Part shown: piece after piece, positions 27,597 through 41,103 of the stretch
Layout: the number at the start of each line of letters is the position of its first letter
Numbering within the stretch: position 1 is the stretch's first letter
Source of the DNA: Octopus bimaculoides
Lineage: Eukaryota
NCBI RefSeq assembly: GCF_001194135.2
Contig: NC_068982.1
Coordinates: 109,550,941-109,614,940 of the forward strand
DNA: 64,000 bases
Direction: 5' to 3'
Made by a program: the position numbers and the translations under genes
The notes under the pieces: generated by a model
The model's database searches: none
Seen by the model: the letters and a program-made list of their open reading frames with translations, nothing else
Told to the model about the DNA's origin: nothing

Positions 27597-28899
27597 ATTA
27601 TTATTATATTTATTGTGTCTTCACTGCATTACCAATCGCCGCTCTGGGTGCCTTAGGTATGAGCAATATTTTGTTTCGCTCTCGTAACTTTGTTGTATTG
27701 AAATTGTTCTATATATGTGTGTAGTGCTTTGTACTGCGATTACGATTTTCTGTATGTTATCTGTAACTGCTGAGATTACTATTATTTGTCTATATCTCTT
27801 TCTATCATTCCTAAGGAGCCTATTATTATATGAGTTGTTTCTGTTTTCAGATCTCTCATTCAGGTTGTCATTATTTTCATATCTTTGTATTCAACAATTT
27901 CTCCACGCTATCATATTTCATAACTGATGCTCCAGTTAAGAGATATGTCTCTTCATAGTGTTCCGCGACAACAATATCTAATGGATAGCCTTCAGATCTC
28001 TGTCAATGTGTCTGAGAAATATCTCAGAGTATTGTCACATTTTCATTCTCTGTAACTTTTCCTACTGTTTATTCCACTTCTTTTCTGTTGATGTTTCATA
28101 ACGCTGGCATAACGTCAAGAGCATTTAAAACTTAACTCTTGTCATATCTGAACATGTGTTCTTTTCTGATGAAGACTTGGAAATCAGAGACAATGTCATT
28201 AGAAGTCAAAGACAATGTTACTCCACCTTCTTCACATATATCGCAGTTACCTATGTACTCTGTTTCATTTCATACTGTTCGTGGTTTCTGTTCGGGAGGC
28301 TTAGATCTCGTGTAGCGATCAAGAAATCTGTTATCCCCAAATAGCATAAACGAGTTGGCGTTGTTGGTCTGTGTCGCCAACAGGAGATCGAAATGAGAAG
28401 TGAGCCAAACGGCGGCGAGGAGGTTAAAACTCACTACCTACCCTTAGCTACTTATATCAGCAATGACTTGCCCTCTTTGCAACGTCTACCACTACCATTA
28501 CGATGAACAGTAAGAAAAACAACAAGCTTAGCGACTAGACCAATTCCATCAACAACAATGACTCCACGTTAATGAATTCTACATTTATAAGCAATAAGAC
28601 AACGGCAAGATAAATTATGGAAGTCAAAACAAGTATAACATAGTCAGCAGTATTATTTGAATACTGCTTCTGCCACCACCAACTCACAAATATCATTATT
28701 TAAGAGAGGCTTTCCAATAATCCGCACGGTCGAGAATACCGATTTACATACCTTTCTCCAAGAAAGAGGTAAGTGGTTTCTCCCCTTTTCTTCTCTCGTT
28801 CCACATAGTTTTACTCAGAATGTATAACTGTACGTTGCCTGAGGACTAAATGTGATGAATCATAGGTATAGCTATCAATAAGATTATCAATATGTACGT

Positions 28900-29420
28900 A
28901 TCTTGTGATCAGCCAGAATCGTCCGGTGGGGGTAGAATTGTTGCTTGGGAAAAACTAAGACTTCAAGAGATGGACAATCTTCATGGACCCGGATGACAAG
29001 TCTGTAATGGGTGCGAGTGGCATCGAGAGTGGTGCCTTCAGGCTAATAACTGACTATTCTTCGACTGCAAAAGAGTAACTGCATCTTTTAAATAACAAGA
29101 AAAAATATTTGGAATGTTCTCTTCAGTACTGGAATAGCATTTTAGACATTCGCTGAGATTTTGTTGGGTTAGCCGATACGGGAAGGGGTGCAAAAGCCTC
29201 GAAAAACCATTCCGGCACTCCAGCGAAGTGACACTTAGCAATTGGATTTCCAGCATGGATATGCAACAACTATATTTGAGTATTGAGAATGAATCTAAAT
29301 AGGCTGAATCTAGATAGATTATCTGTCTGGCGAACATACTGGGAGAGTGTAGGATAGGGATACATCGATAGGCAAAATGACTGATTACGATTAATCGGTC
29401 TTGCCTCAACGGCCGGTACC
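28900..29420 (+). mobile_element. Unassigned decayed coding-like relic, possibly L1/Tx1 3' region
   Basis: GC-richer non-repetitive block. The + frame gives MDNL...CNGC...LFFDC, which weakly resembles a zf-RVT. The assignment is uncertain. Confidence 0.25.
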
Positions 29421-29440
29421 GATCACTCGACTGCCAATTA

Positions 29441-29835
29441 TTTATCTTTTATCTTTTACTTGTTCCAGTTATTGGATTGTGGCCATTCTGGGGCACTGAC
29501 TTCAAAGTTTTAATCGAACAAATCGACCCAGTATTTATTTTTTAAAGCCTCGTAGTTATTCTATCGGTTCTTTGCCAGATCGTTAGGTTACGGGGACGAA
29601 CGCATACATACATACATACATACATACATACATACATACACACACACACATACACACACATACATACACACATGCATATATACACACATATACACATACA
29701 CACATACACATTCAGTTTCCGCCTACCAGATCCACTCACAAGACTTTAGTTGGCTCGAGGCTATATTAGAAGAAGCTTGCTCAAAGTGCAACGCAGTGGA
29801 CCTGAATCAGGAGCCATGTAGCAGGGAAACAAACT
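29441..29835 (-). mobile_element. Full-length composite SINE (family A): tRNA head + internal (TGTA/TG)n + body/tail
   Basis: Head 29710-29835 (B-box-like ggttcaggtcc decayed), microsatellite 29603-29708, and body homologous to 4342-4567. Confidence 0.75.
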
Positions 29836-30979
29836 CGTACTCAACAGCCACGTTATGTATTGTAATATGAAAATTCATATTGTAATTGTAGATAATACAT
29901 TGTTATATATCAAAATTAATAGTAATTATGGAGCCACTATGGAGAACTGTCATTCAACGGTGTATCGGCACAACTTTCTTCATTTAAAACGTCCCACATT
30001 CCGTACTTACGCATAATTTTCCATCTTGTTTAATTATTGTATTACGGTAAAACCATTATGTGTAGTTTGAGTTGTTTTATTTGCATAAGACCAAAGGTAA
30101 AAGCAAAAATCCAATTAGCTAAACATGCAACTCTCAACATAGATATACAATATTTTAGTTATTAGCTAGCTAAACCTAGTTTCTTCATTCTCTCGCATTC
30201 ATGTGTCATGATGCCGTGACTCGCGAGAAAGATTTTTAATATAGTGGATTCATTTAAGATTTCTCGAATTTGGTTATTCAATTTTATGTTCCTTTAAGGA
30301 GGTTAAAACAATAGAAATCATTTTAATAGAAAACTTTTGAATATCGTTAAACATATGATCGGAATCTTTATAATTTTTTAATTAATTTCTTTGTAAAACG
30401 ATCAACTGAACACATAGGACGGGTGTCTTCACTTTGGCACACCTACGAGAAGATACACAAATCCAAGTAATTTCCTGTTGTGTAGATCAGCGCGTTCAAA
30501 TACGGGCTAGGACTGGGAGATATCGGTGGTGCTAGTTTGCGTGTCATGGGAAATAATATGTTCCTTATGTATTTTTACATGTTGAATCCTCTATATTTTT
30601 TGAAATTCTCTGTTAACTTGGATTTTCTTGCTCCAGTGTACGAGCCTATAAATAATAATAATAATAATAATCATAAAAAGAAAACAGCAGAAAATAGTTG
30701 ATTATCAAAGCTGATTAATCGGCAAAATGGCCGATATGACCGATAATCAATTATGTGCTGATTGCTCGGTGCAATTCTAGTGTAAAGTATCGACAGTTTA
30801 CACTGATAGGTAACACTGCCCACAGTCAAAATAGATAAAGACCTGGCAACTAGAAACTAAACACGTCATTTCCGGTGTGTAAGGTCTACAATAAGATTAA
30901 TGAATTACTTAGAGGGTAGTAGACCTCAGTAACTGGCAAAAGGCAGTTAGTAAAAGGCAGTTAGTAAAATGCATTAGGG

Positions 30980-31570
30980 TAAAAGCTATAAGTTATAGAA
31001 AATAGCGTCGATACAACAAAATATATTAAATGACAATGTAGATAAATTAGAAGAGATCATTAGGAGTCATTGAAACTGACGAGTTTTACACACACCTACC
31101 ACAATACAGAGGATGTTTGCTACAATTGGTTTGGCAGAAAAAAATTGGCGACTTTAGGCTTACCATCACACTTATATGTACAACTGGAGTAGGTAGAAAT
31201 CAGCTAAATAACTAGAAACTACATGCAATCTTGTTTATAATGACATGTAAATTCTAATGCCGCCCCGCCAAAGAGCACAGAGCCAATCATCATGGCTATA
31301 GAAAAAAATATCTATGAGATAAGTGATGAAGAGTAGAAAGCCTAGCTGCTACTTGTGTTGAAGTCAGAGCCAACGGAGGGCTTTCTGTCCAGAAAATAGC
31401 CGAAGGTGAAATAGAGAGCAATCAAGACTGAAAAAATAACAACAGATCACTGAAACTGCTGTTCTAAGGACATCCCTTGTTGCAGCTCTGAAAGCGCTAG
31501 AAAAGGACGACTCGTTGTTAGTTCTAAGCGACGACAAAGAAAAAGTTGACCAATAGTTTAAATACTAAGA
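30980..31570 (+). mobile_element. Decayed Penelope-like element ORF relic
   Basis: IMAIEKNI and ALKALEKDDSLLVLSDDKEK resemble the PLE pre-RT motif (LK.D.SI.ILPADKG). Confidence 0.4.
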
Positions 31571-31642
31571 ACTGAGGAACTGTCTTTCCAGTAGTACTAC
31601 ACCATAGTCTTACAGTTAGAATGAGAAATGAAGACTGAAAAA

Positions 31643-31820
31643 GGCGGCAAGCTGGCAGAAACGTTAGTTATGTTCTGAGTTCAAATTCTGCCGAGGTCGA
31701 CTTTGCCTTCAATCCTTTCGGGATCGATAAATTAAGTACCAGTAGCGTACTGGGGTCGATCTAATCGACTGGCCCCCTCCCACAAAATTTCGGGCCTTGT
31801 GCCTAAAGTAGAAAAGGAAT
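31643..31820 (+). mobile_element. SINE (family B) with internal deletion and ~14 bp TSD
   Basis: Same head, core and tail as 27170. Flanks aatgaagactgaaa (31627-31640) and aatgaagacagaaa (31818-31831). Confidence 0.85.
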
Positions 31821-34699
31821 GAAGACAGAAAGATGGTGGCAAGCTGTCGCAGATTATTAAAGAAAAAAACAAGAAACGTAAAAGGAAACAGACAAACGAT
31901 GGGTTAAAATAAGGCGTGAAAGGTGTAAAAAGTAGGAAAAAACCTGCCATCCAGAAAGTCAGTCAACCTTACAGAGATCCAGAAAGCTATCTCTTGCCTG
32001 CAAAATTTTATATTAAACGGAGTATAATAACGCAGCTGAATAAAACCAAGATAGGGATGAGTTTCAGACACCTAAAACTTTGCGTGGTTTATGAACGTTT
32101 CAAGGACTACAGTTCAACTGACTCACAAATATGTTCACGCACACTTTTGGATATAATAGGCTAAAATGCAAGGAGTGAGATGTAGCCGAGCTGTGGGCTA
32201 TCTCATCTAGCTTTGATGGCAGATTTTTACTCGTGTCTGGTTGGATTGCTATATTTCCTTTGTTGTTTCGTTAAAGCATATTTAAACAAACATCGTCTAA
32301 TTATATTCTGTAATTATGTAAATTTTTCACATGGCTTTATATATTGTGTAACGTCTGTGTCCCTCCTCTCGCTTTTACATAATTTAGTTGGACATCTTCT
32401 GCTTGTAAAATGTTTGTTGTATGCACAAATAGGCCGTGGTGGCAAAACAAATCAATTACAACACAACATCGATAATAACAACAACAACAACAACAACAAT
32501 AGTAATAATAATAATAATAATAATAATGATAATAATAATTTATTCTTACGAATCCTTAGAGTTGCAAACAAATAAAACTGTATGACATTCAGTTAATGCC
32601 AGTGCAAAAAGAAAAAAAAAAGAAGTATATTCTACCGCCTTTAAATATTAAATTTTATATCCACATTATGCATCACCATCATAATCATCATCCTTAATTA
32701 TTATCATTCTTCTCATTATAAATACTATTTAAGTATTTATAAGAAACAGCAGATTAATGTTTGTATATCTTATTAATGAATTTAATGTACCCGAAGTGTG
32801 TGGATAGCGAAGCTGAATAGGATGAAAATTGATAAGCCTGTCTCGTAGGAACCTCTAGGATTGTAAGATATTAACCCAGGCGTCTAATAAGAATAAGAAT
32901 GAGTCACACAACATTAAAAAAATCTATAGAAAAAGAGGGAGAGGATGAAGATATATTTGTTTGACTATAGGCATGTTGTCCTTATCTGAAATTGGTGCTT
33001 GCAATCTTTTTATTTCATTTTTTAAATTTTGTTTTATATTTTTGTAAACTGCTACCATTTGAATAATTTGTACTTAATAAAAAAAAAAGCATTTTGTTCT
33101 TGCCCTAATAATTATCGTAATTTTTGTAATGTTATAATTATTAAAATTTTTTTTTTTATTATTTTCAGTATTTTTATATGTTGTACGTAATATATTTATT
33201 AACATCCTTGTTTTAATTGTCATTACACACTGTTGTTTCACCTGTGTCCACTTTATATTCTGTTCTTTTTTTTTATTTATCTCATTTGCTTGTTACCTTT
33301 TTTTATATTTGTAAATAAACGTATCTGCAAGAGCTATATGTCTTTTGTTTTGATTTTTGCTTGCATTTCCTTAGTGTTGGTTTTTTATTCTATTTTGCTT
33401 TGTTGTTGTTATTATTGTTATTTTTGTTATTATTGTTCGTGTTCTTGTTGTCCTTGTTTTTGCTGTTGATATTGTTGTTGTTGTTGTTATTATTATTATT
33501 ATCTCATTCCCCAGGTTTACGATGATATAGAAGCAGTTGTTCTTTTGGGCATCAGTTACCTTTATCCGTATTTTCAGCTACATTTCTTTAGAAATATCCA
33601 ACTGGATACCTTTCGAAGAATTACTTCACTCTAGTCCTTTAATGCGAACGTAACAGAACAAATCAATAAGGACGACTTTCTTAACAAATTTATTGCTTTT
33701 TAAATAACCTAAAGTTTATATAACAAGCTAAACATATGCAATTCTCTTCGTAGACACTAATAATTCTCAACGCATTTTATTCCTTCTCAGTCAAACATAT
33801 TTCTAAATTGATTTTATAGACCATTTAAATTCCTTTCGAATTTGCATACATACATACATGCATACATACATACATACATACATACATACATACATGCATA
33901 CATGTATGTTTACTTACAACACTAGAACTGTTTCTAATTCATATTTGAATTTATTCTTACGTATACATCGTCAGAGCATTCCAGCAAATGGATTTTTGCA
34001 CTATTTGTACTATTCGCCTACAATTCGGTTCAGGCACGTGATGCTGATAAGCCACANNNNNNNNNNNNNNNNNNNNNNNNNNNNNNNNNNNNNNNNNNNN
34101 NNNNNNNNNNNNNNNNNNNNNNNNNNNNNNNNNNNNNNNNNNNNNNNNNNNNNNNNNNNNNNNNNNNNNNNNNNNNNNNNNNNNNNNNNNNNNNNNNNNN
34201 NNNNNNNNNNNNNNNNNNNNNNNNNNNNNNNNNNNNNNNNNNNNNNNNNNNNNNNNNNNNNNNNNNNNNNNNNNNNNNNNNNNNTATATATATATATGAA
34301 TGTATATATATATATATATGTGTGTGCGTGTGTGTGCGCGCACGCGCGTACATTTATTTTGTATATAACTACGTATTAACTATGTATGTATATTTAGAGT
34401 AGTAATACTTGGAATGTTGTTTGTTATGGCCAATCAAAGAGCGACCATTGGTTTCGCACCTATAAAGCTCTTAGCGGTATAGGCTACTCGCCAGACTTGT
34501 TGACCAGAGACACATAACCTCTCTACGACTGGAGGTAGGAAAACATCTTGGCTAGTTAGGGTTGTAAGCAGAAGATCCCGAAACAAAAAAAATATCCAGA
34601 AACAAAGAAAAAACATCCCGAAATGTAATTCTCCTGATCGACAAAACTTCATGGTGACATGGAGTTATCCTCCTTAGATCGGTTCCAGCTGCCTCTAAA

Positions 34700-36560
34700 A
34701 GAGGCTGTGTATGGGCTTGTATATTTTCTATTCAAACAGTGCTGCAATGAAAATTACTTTGATCTTAGCTTCGAGACTTCCGTTTTACATTCAATGTAGA
34801 GTTCTTTCTTCACACAACGTTGCTTTGTTCAACAATATCAGGTATTGACATGCTGCGATCATTGTTGTCATCATCAATTCATGATATTCTGAGTTTTATT
34901 TTTATCATAGCTTCTAGTTTAGTTTTGTCCTCACAACTGTTTATATAAAATAATTTTTATGTCTTACTCACCTTTTTTTTTTTGCTGTTTGCACTAGTTT
35001 TTTCTTATTTTTTGTGATATGTTTGTAGTCCTGCAGTAAATATTATATAGTTGTCAAGTTGCAAAAAGCTTCTGTCTAGGTCAGTTTACACAGGTATTCA
35101 AAATGCAGTTAATATTTTCTTGTTTTCCTGTCTAGCTTTGCTGAACAGGAAAATTCATTTAGCATCCAGCTGAGAATATTATAACTATAACTTATTACTC
35201 TAATAGCTACGTTAGTGATAGCATTTACCTAAGTGGTTGGCATGTTGCTCTTTTTTAATGCAATACACCTATAAGATTCCTTCCGACCGTTTTCTTTCAT
35301 TTGTGCTTGACGTACTCTGCTTTATTGATTGATTGTTTTATATTAAATCCATACTCTCTTATTGCTCTTTATTCATTTAACAAGATATTAGTGATTTTTA
35401 GTGAATTTATTTTAATTGTTCTGTGGCCAGAGTCGCTTTCCACGTTTTTCTAAATCCAGTTTCAAATCAGATTTTCTTCTGGAAGTTACTTATATATAGC
35501 TTGAGATCGTCCATATACAAAAGATTGTTGCTTGTTTCCTTACAGTGTTTGTATTTGCGTCTTCTTTAATTGGTTATTGGTGTTAATAACAGGAACTGAC
35601 ATTGACGAGAAGGAATTTCTTTGGAATCTTCAAACAGATTTGATATATGTTTTTAAATGTATTCTTTTATTTTAAAGAATTGCTTGTCCTTTCATCATGA
35701 CACTTTGATGTACCTGCGTATTGTAGGTGATGCCTTATTTATGGAAATGTTTCTAGATTCCACGATTATTTAACACTGAAATTTGCCTTCTTGTAAACAA
35801 TCCATACTGTACTAAGACTCTTGTTTCTATACTCTTTAATGATGGTTTTGTTGACCAGTAAATCATTATTACAGTCTTATGATCCTTTGCAGCCTCCCTT
35901 CTGGTCATCTGGAAGTGAGTTGTTATTTTTTCAGGCAGTTATTTATCCTCTGCTATCTCATTGCAAAAACTTTTTACACTGTTAGTAACGAATTAGGGTG
36001 TGGGTCTATTTCTTTCTTTTTTTCTAATCTAAGGGATTAAGATTCATTTCCTTACGAAGATGCATTCAGTTCTTCTTTTAATGGCTCTTTCAATAGATCA
36101 TTAAATATATTTCCCAGCAATCTATACGCGCCTTTCTATTTTCAGGTGTTCCTTTTTCTAGTGTCTTGGCTACTTGAGTTGAAAAGACGCCTTATAATTA
36201 GACAGGGGTTCCACTTGTTTTGAATGTTCTCTTCTGTGGCGAACTTTTCGCTGTCCATATTCACCTCATAAAGCTGTTCTATGTCATTTTCTGCTGATGT
36301 TGCATTGATTTATATTTTATGATTATGTAATTCTTCATGAAATCATTTAATGTTGGAGTCCAAGTGTTTGTTTAGTTCAGAGAACCAGCGTCGATTTTTA
36401 TAATAAATTCAGAGCAATTAAATACAAAAATCTTTTTCAGGCCTTCTTAAATTCCAGGCACATTTTTTGTTATTTTATATTTCTATAATATTCGTCTCTC
36501 CCCACACATTTTTTGCGTCTTTTCGTTATTGATTTCTTTAAGGGATTAAGAAAACTTTTA
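34700..36560 (-). mobile_element. Highly decayed R4/Dong-like LINE
   Basis: Minus strand NLLYMDDLKLY (~35500-35530), LLVNKTII and LSTVWIVYKKA. A PDIV-like remnant lies near 34845. Confidence 0.65.
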
Positions 36561-37199
36561 TTTCTAATTTCGTCTGTTTTTCTCTTCACATTGTTTGCTT
36601 GGGTGAGACGGCATGTACCTACCAAACAAAAGAGCGCCAACAAAATAGAGAACAACAAAAGACCACCGACAAAAGAGCGCTGCAAAATGCAAGAATGACA
36701 TTACATCGCTAGCAGTATGCTGCTGTTTACTTTTAAATTGGTTCTGCTTTTTATTTTGTATAGATTTTTTACACTAAGCCAAGATAAGTTGTTTTTCGTC
36801 AAGGAGTGTTGAAAATTTTTTGTCGCTTAAAATGAATAGAATTAAGTTCTCAGAAGGAGAAACTGCTTAAATCAGAAAGCAGTTGCATCTATCGATTTGA
36901 TAAAAACTTTAAGATAGGTATCGAGTCTTGATGCCTCATAAGGGAATAATGTAGAGGTAACATGTATTTGCGTGATGGACGAGAGGAGAATAAAAAAAAA
37001 GATCATGACCTTTTAACCAGTGTAGTTGAATCAGTGGAAAAACATTTATCAACATTTCAGTAAAGAGCGCCTACGTACAAAATACGTCTAGATAAACCAA
37101 GATTTTCGATAGAAGAAGAATAGTGTTATATCACAAAAAATTCATTGTTAAATTCTCTAAATACACAGCAACCCATAAAACGACGGAATGGTGAAGCGG

Positions 37200-37760
37200 T
37201 ACTGAATCCTAGAAATAGATATAATGATATTCTCAGTATATTGATATCTACATCGAGAAGAGGAAACTTCCTTATTACATGAATTGGCTTTGGATGATCC
37301 TAATATGTTTTTCATCTTTCGTGAAGAATCACCACACTTTATAGTTACTGCTTTTTTTCTTTATGGAACATTAAAGAATATCATCTCATCTTTCAACTGA
37401 CAATAATTCATACTATGAAGACAACAAGAGTACTACCAATTGCACTTTTTCTTAAAAGAAAAGCGGAAAGCTCTATACATGAAATTACTTGCTCTTTATA
37501 AAAACAATTTGCAATCTACTTCTTTTGCATGATATTTTGAGAAAGGGTTATGTAATGCATTGCACTATATCTTCTGTCAACAAGTTCTCATTATTGCATA
37601 CATTCATAAATTGAGTGCATTTTTCAGAAATATTCAGCGAAACAGATTTGTTGATGGATATCGTAATGATGAGGAAGTAGATATCAAGTGCAAGATGTTA
37701 ACATTTTTTGTAACCCATGCCACATTTTTAATATCTTTCAAGACGTTCATTATATTTCAC
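37200..37760 (+). mobile_element. Decayed MULE (Mutator-like) transposase relic
   Basis: LPIALF..., FEKGLCNA...F and FFRNIQ...GYRNDEEV..KCKML resemble the MULE core. Confidence 0.5.
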
Positions 37761-38027
37761 ACACCATCAAAAATCGACTTGACTACTTTTATAAGAAATG
37801 TGAATTGATTCTAAATTCTGCTGTCAATTCATGACAAAAAATCCTACATAAGTAAACATCTCAGGCTGTACCTTCATATCAGTATGAAAATATTATAATT
37901 GGAATATCTGGATGTCCTATTTTAAGCATTTCTACGTGTCTAATATATAATTTTCTTAATTTATATGTTTTTTTTTTATTTATAGTATTTTGGTAAATAA
38001 ATGTATTGCTTTGTTTTATTCTTACAT

Positions 38028-38325
38028 GAGAGCGCATGGCTTAGTAGTTACGGTTTGCACTCACGATCTAGCGATCGCGATTTCAGTTCCTAGACCGGGT
38101 GGTGCGTTGTGTTCTTGAGCAAACATCTTCATCTCACGTTGCTCTGCGATTACTTCGACATCTGACGCGTGGCACACAGTGCACCTGTTCAGACAACGTC
38201 GATTTGATGGAGAGAGTGAGCTAATGTGCGGCGCGAGCATTTGGTCGCTATAAACAAATCATTTGCTCAGGTCGTTCGGCAAAATCTGAATTCCCATACG
38301 TCGTCTTCGATGAGAGAGCCCATCA
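38028..38325 (+). mobile_element. tRNA-derived SINE (family C)
   Basis: Head gagagcgcatggcttagtagtta (A box), decayed B box and central gtgttcttgagcaaacatcttcatctcacgttgctc. Related to 43230-43450 on the minus strand. Confidence 0.7.
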
Positions 38326-38395
38326 TACCTATAGGTATACACACACGCGTATGTGTGTATATTAAATTCAGCTATATATATATATATATATTTCA

Positions 38396-38446
38396 TTTCA
38401 AAGTTTCTGCTCAGAGCTGCGGCCATGCTGATGCACCACCGACTTT
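38396..38446 (-). mobile_element. Extreme 3' fragment of the CR1-group LINE
   Basis: Reverse complement ggtggtgcatcagcatggccgcagctctgagcagaaac closely matches the 23630-23668 tail. Confidence 0.75.
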
Positions 38447-38559
38447 GAATCGTTAGTTAAAAGGTAATTCATATGAAACTAAATAAACTCAGTACCAATA
38501 GATAATATATAATTTCCATATCATATTTAATTCGAAGGATTTGGGACTTTTTTTGTTTT

Positions 38560-38960
38560 TATCAAGATATGCTTGTTTTTGCTGACGCTCTTTTGTCTGG
38601 CGTGCATATGTCTGGGTATTGTTTGCATGGGTTTTAATATGCCTATATCCGTAGATTTGAGGGGAAAATCAATATCCTTTGTAACCAGTGTAGCAGCTGC
38701 ATGTATTATTTGTTTTATCGTGGCGCTATTAATGTTCGTAGTTGTCCCAAACTGTCAGACTTGCATTTTTTGTTGTTGTTGCTAATTTATTGTTGAATTT
38801 TATTTTTGTTTTCTATTGGCCTTAGGAAGCCGTTCTTTCGATTCTAATTTTTTAACTATTTCGATCATTAGACTGTGTACATCTTTAAAGTATTTTATTA
38901 TCAAATCTTTGTCGTATTTTTTTAATAATGTTTTTGCTGACTTGGTTCTACTGCTATTTT
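38560..38960 (-). mobile_element. Possible Penelope-like GIY-YIG 3' relic
   Basis: Minus-strand SLTVWDN...TCSCYTG remnants only weakly resemble the PLE C-terminus. Confidence 0.3.
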
Positions 38961-40109
38961 GTTGATCAGTACATATAAAATAAATGGATATAAAATAAAT
39001 CGCTCTCGACGGGAAATATTCAGTAGTCCGATCAAATGAACTACCATCTTGAGGAGCTAATGTGTAAATGGTTGATTATTCCACAAACACGTTTAAGCTT
39101 AAAGTGATTCTCACACAATATTTCACAAACCAGAACCTTTCAATTATATAATAGATTCCATGAGTTTCCGCAGAAGGTCTATCTACCCAATTTCATTCTA
39201 GAGGCTTGTGTATACCGACGCTTTGGTAAGATACACTTGTTAAAAAGACTATATATATTATAATTGAACCCTGAGTCTCATGAACTGAACTTTCTAATCA
39301 TTCAGCTAAGCTGTATTACATACACAAATACACAGAAACCCACAAACGCACACACACTTCGATGTCATGTTTTGCTGTCTATATTATGTTTTGCAAGCTT
39401 TACACTCTCAATGTGTTTAGTCTCATTGCTTGTATTGTTATTCAATTTTTGCTCGTTATTTTTATTTTTTCCATGTATTTTTCAAGTGATCCTTTTCCGT
39501 CCAGAGAAATTTTTGGATTGAGAAGGAATCCTCTTAAACTAAGGGTTATTTTTTCAGATGTTATCTGTATTTGCTGTGGAAGTTTCGACTTTGGGAGTAA
39601 AGTGTAGCTGTAAACTATGTATCTAGATTCGAAATTTACACCTCTCATGTCCATTTGTGACTGTCCGGTTTGTGTGAGTTGAGCGTAAGATCTGACCTTT
39701 TATTTATTTTGTCGTTATTTTCATCAAGCATGGATTTATTCGTTTCTTTAGGTGCCAAGTTTTGTATATACTATGCATCAACTTCAAAGTGCGCATTCCT
39801 CATTCTTTTCTAATTCATAAGAATGAACAAAAAAATCACGAGAAAATGGAAACGGAATGCTCATTTTTCTTTCTTTTTTTTCTTTTGTGAAAATGCATGA
39901 TTGAAATATATCATATCACTTTTTGTTTTACCCGAAGTTAGCTCTGAATGAGTAATCTACGATAAAAATAAGTTCTTGCCGAAACAATGCCATTTTCAAC
40001 CATAACTAGTGTCCTGTTTTATACAGAAGTGCGTGATTAGAGGGAAATTCAGCTACTATCTTTGATAGTGGATTCGTTTATTGGAAAGAAAAAAATATAT
40101 ATATATATA

Positions 40110-41103
40110 TTAGGTTAGCAACTAAGTTCCCGCGGTTTTTTTAAATTTAAACTTTTTAAAGGTTTATTAAAAAATATCAACTAATTAATCAATAATGTAT
40201 TCACCCTTGTCGTCTACAACCTCTTCCCAAATTTCAACAAGATTTTCAATACCTCGTTGGTAGAAATCACCTGATTTCGACTCGAAAAATTGATCCAACC
40301 AAGCACTCAGTATTGAACGAAACTCCGCGCATGGCATTTGAAAGAGATCAAAAGACATGGAAATCCGTTGGTGCCAAATCAGGAGAGTACGGCGGGTGTG
40401 GCAGTACTTCCCAGCCATGCGTTTGAATGGCTTCCTTGGACATATTGGCGATATGAGGGTGGGCGTTGTTGTGCAGCAGAAGAACTCCATGCTGCCGATT
40501 AGGTCTTTTCTCTTGAATAGCCGCGTTGAGTCGTTCCATTTCTTGAACATAGAGTTCTGCGTTGACCGTTTGGTTCCGTTCAAGCAATTGGTAATGGATA
40601 ATCCCTTCCCAGTCCCACCATACGCACAACATTGTTTTACGCGGATGAAGATCTTGTTTCACGCGCGGTGTCGCTTGATTACTGGGGCTAAACCATTGCT
40701 TACGCTGCTTCATATTGATGTACAGGCACCATTTTTCGTCGCCAGTAACGATTCGGTAAAGAGATCGTTGCTTGTGTCCATGAATTGAGCAGTGACGAGC
40801 AAGCAAACCAGCGGAGATTGTGGCTCGTTGATTTTTGTTGCTGTCACTTGAAGCATGCGGAACCCATGCTCCATACTTCTGAATTTTTCCCATCGAGTGA
40901 AGATGCTTCTCTATAGCAGTGTGGGAGCATTCTATTTTATCTGCCAGTTCCCTAGTCATTTGACGAGAATTTTCGTGCAAAAGTTGGTTTAATCGCTCTT
41001 CATCGAACTCAACTGGACGGCCAGAACGAGGTGCGTCTTTCAGGTCAAAATTTCCATTTTTGAACTTGGCATACCAATCACGAGCGGTTCATTCAGCTAT
41101 AGC
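40110..41103 (-). mobile_element. Mariner transposon (mellifera-like TIR), best-preserved copy, truncated by N-gap
   Basis: 210-aa ORF 40348-40980 with GAWVPH, RIVTGDEKW, LCVWWDWEG, LHNNAHPH (second catalytic D changed to N) and HPPYSPDLAPTDFH. TIR ttaggttagcaactaagttcccgcggttt follows a TA tract. Confidence 0.95.

Noticed and set aside
28160-28195. CTGATGA...GAAA motif
   Set aside because: Stem II does not close and there is no NUH or stem I, so it is not a hammerhead.
29038-29409. 123-aa minus-strand ORF with hAT-dimerisation-like SVTSLECRNGFS
   Set aside because: The motif match is short and conflicts with a weak L1/Tx1-like signal on the opposite strand. It cannot be assigned without a search.
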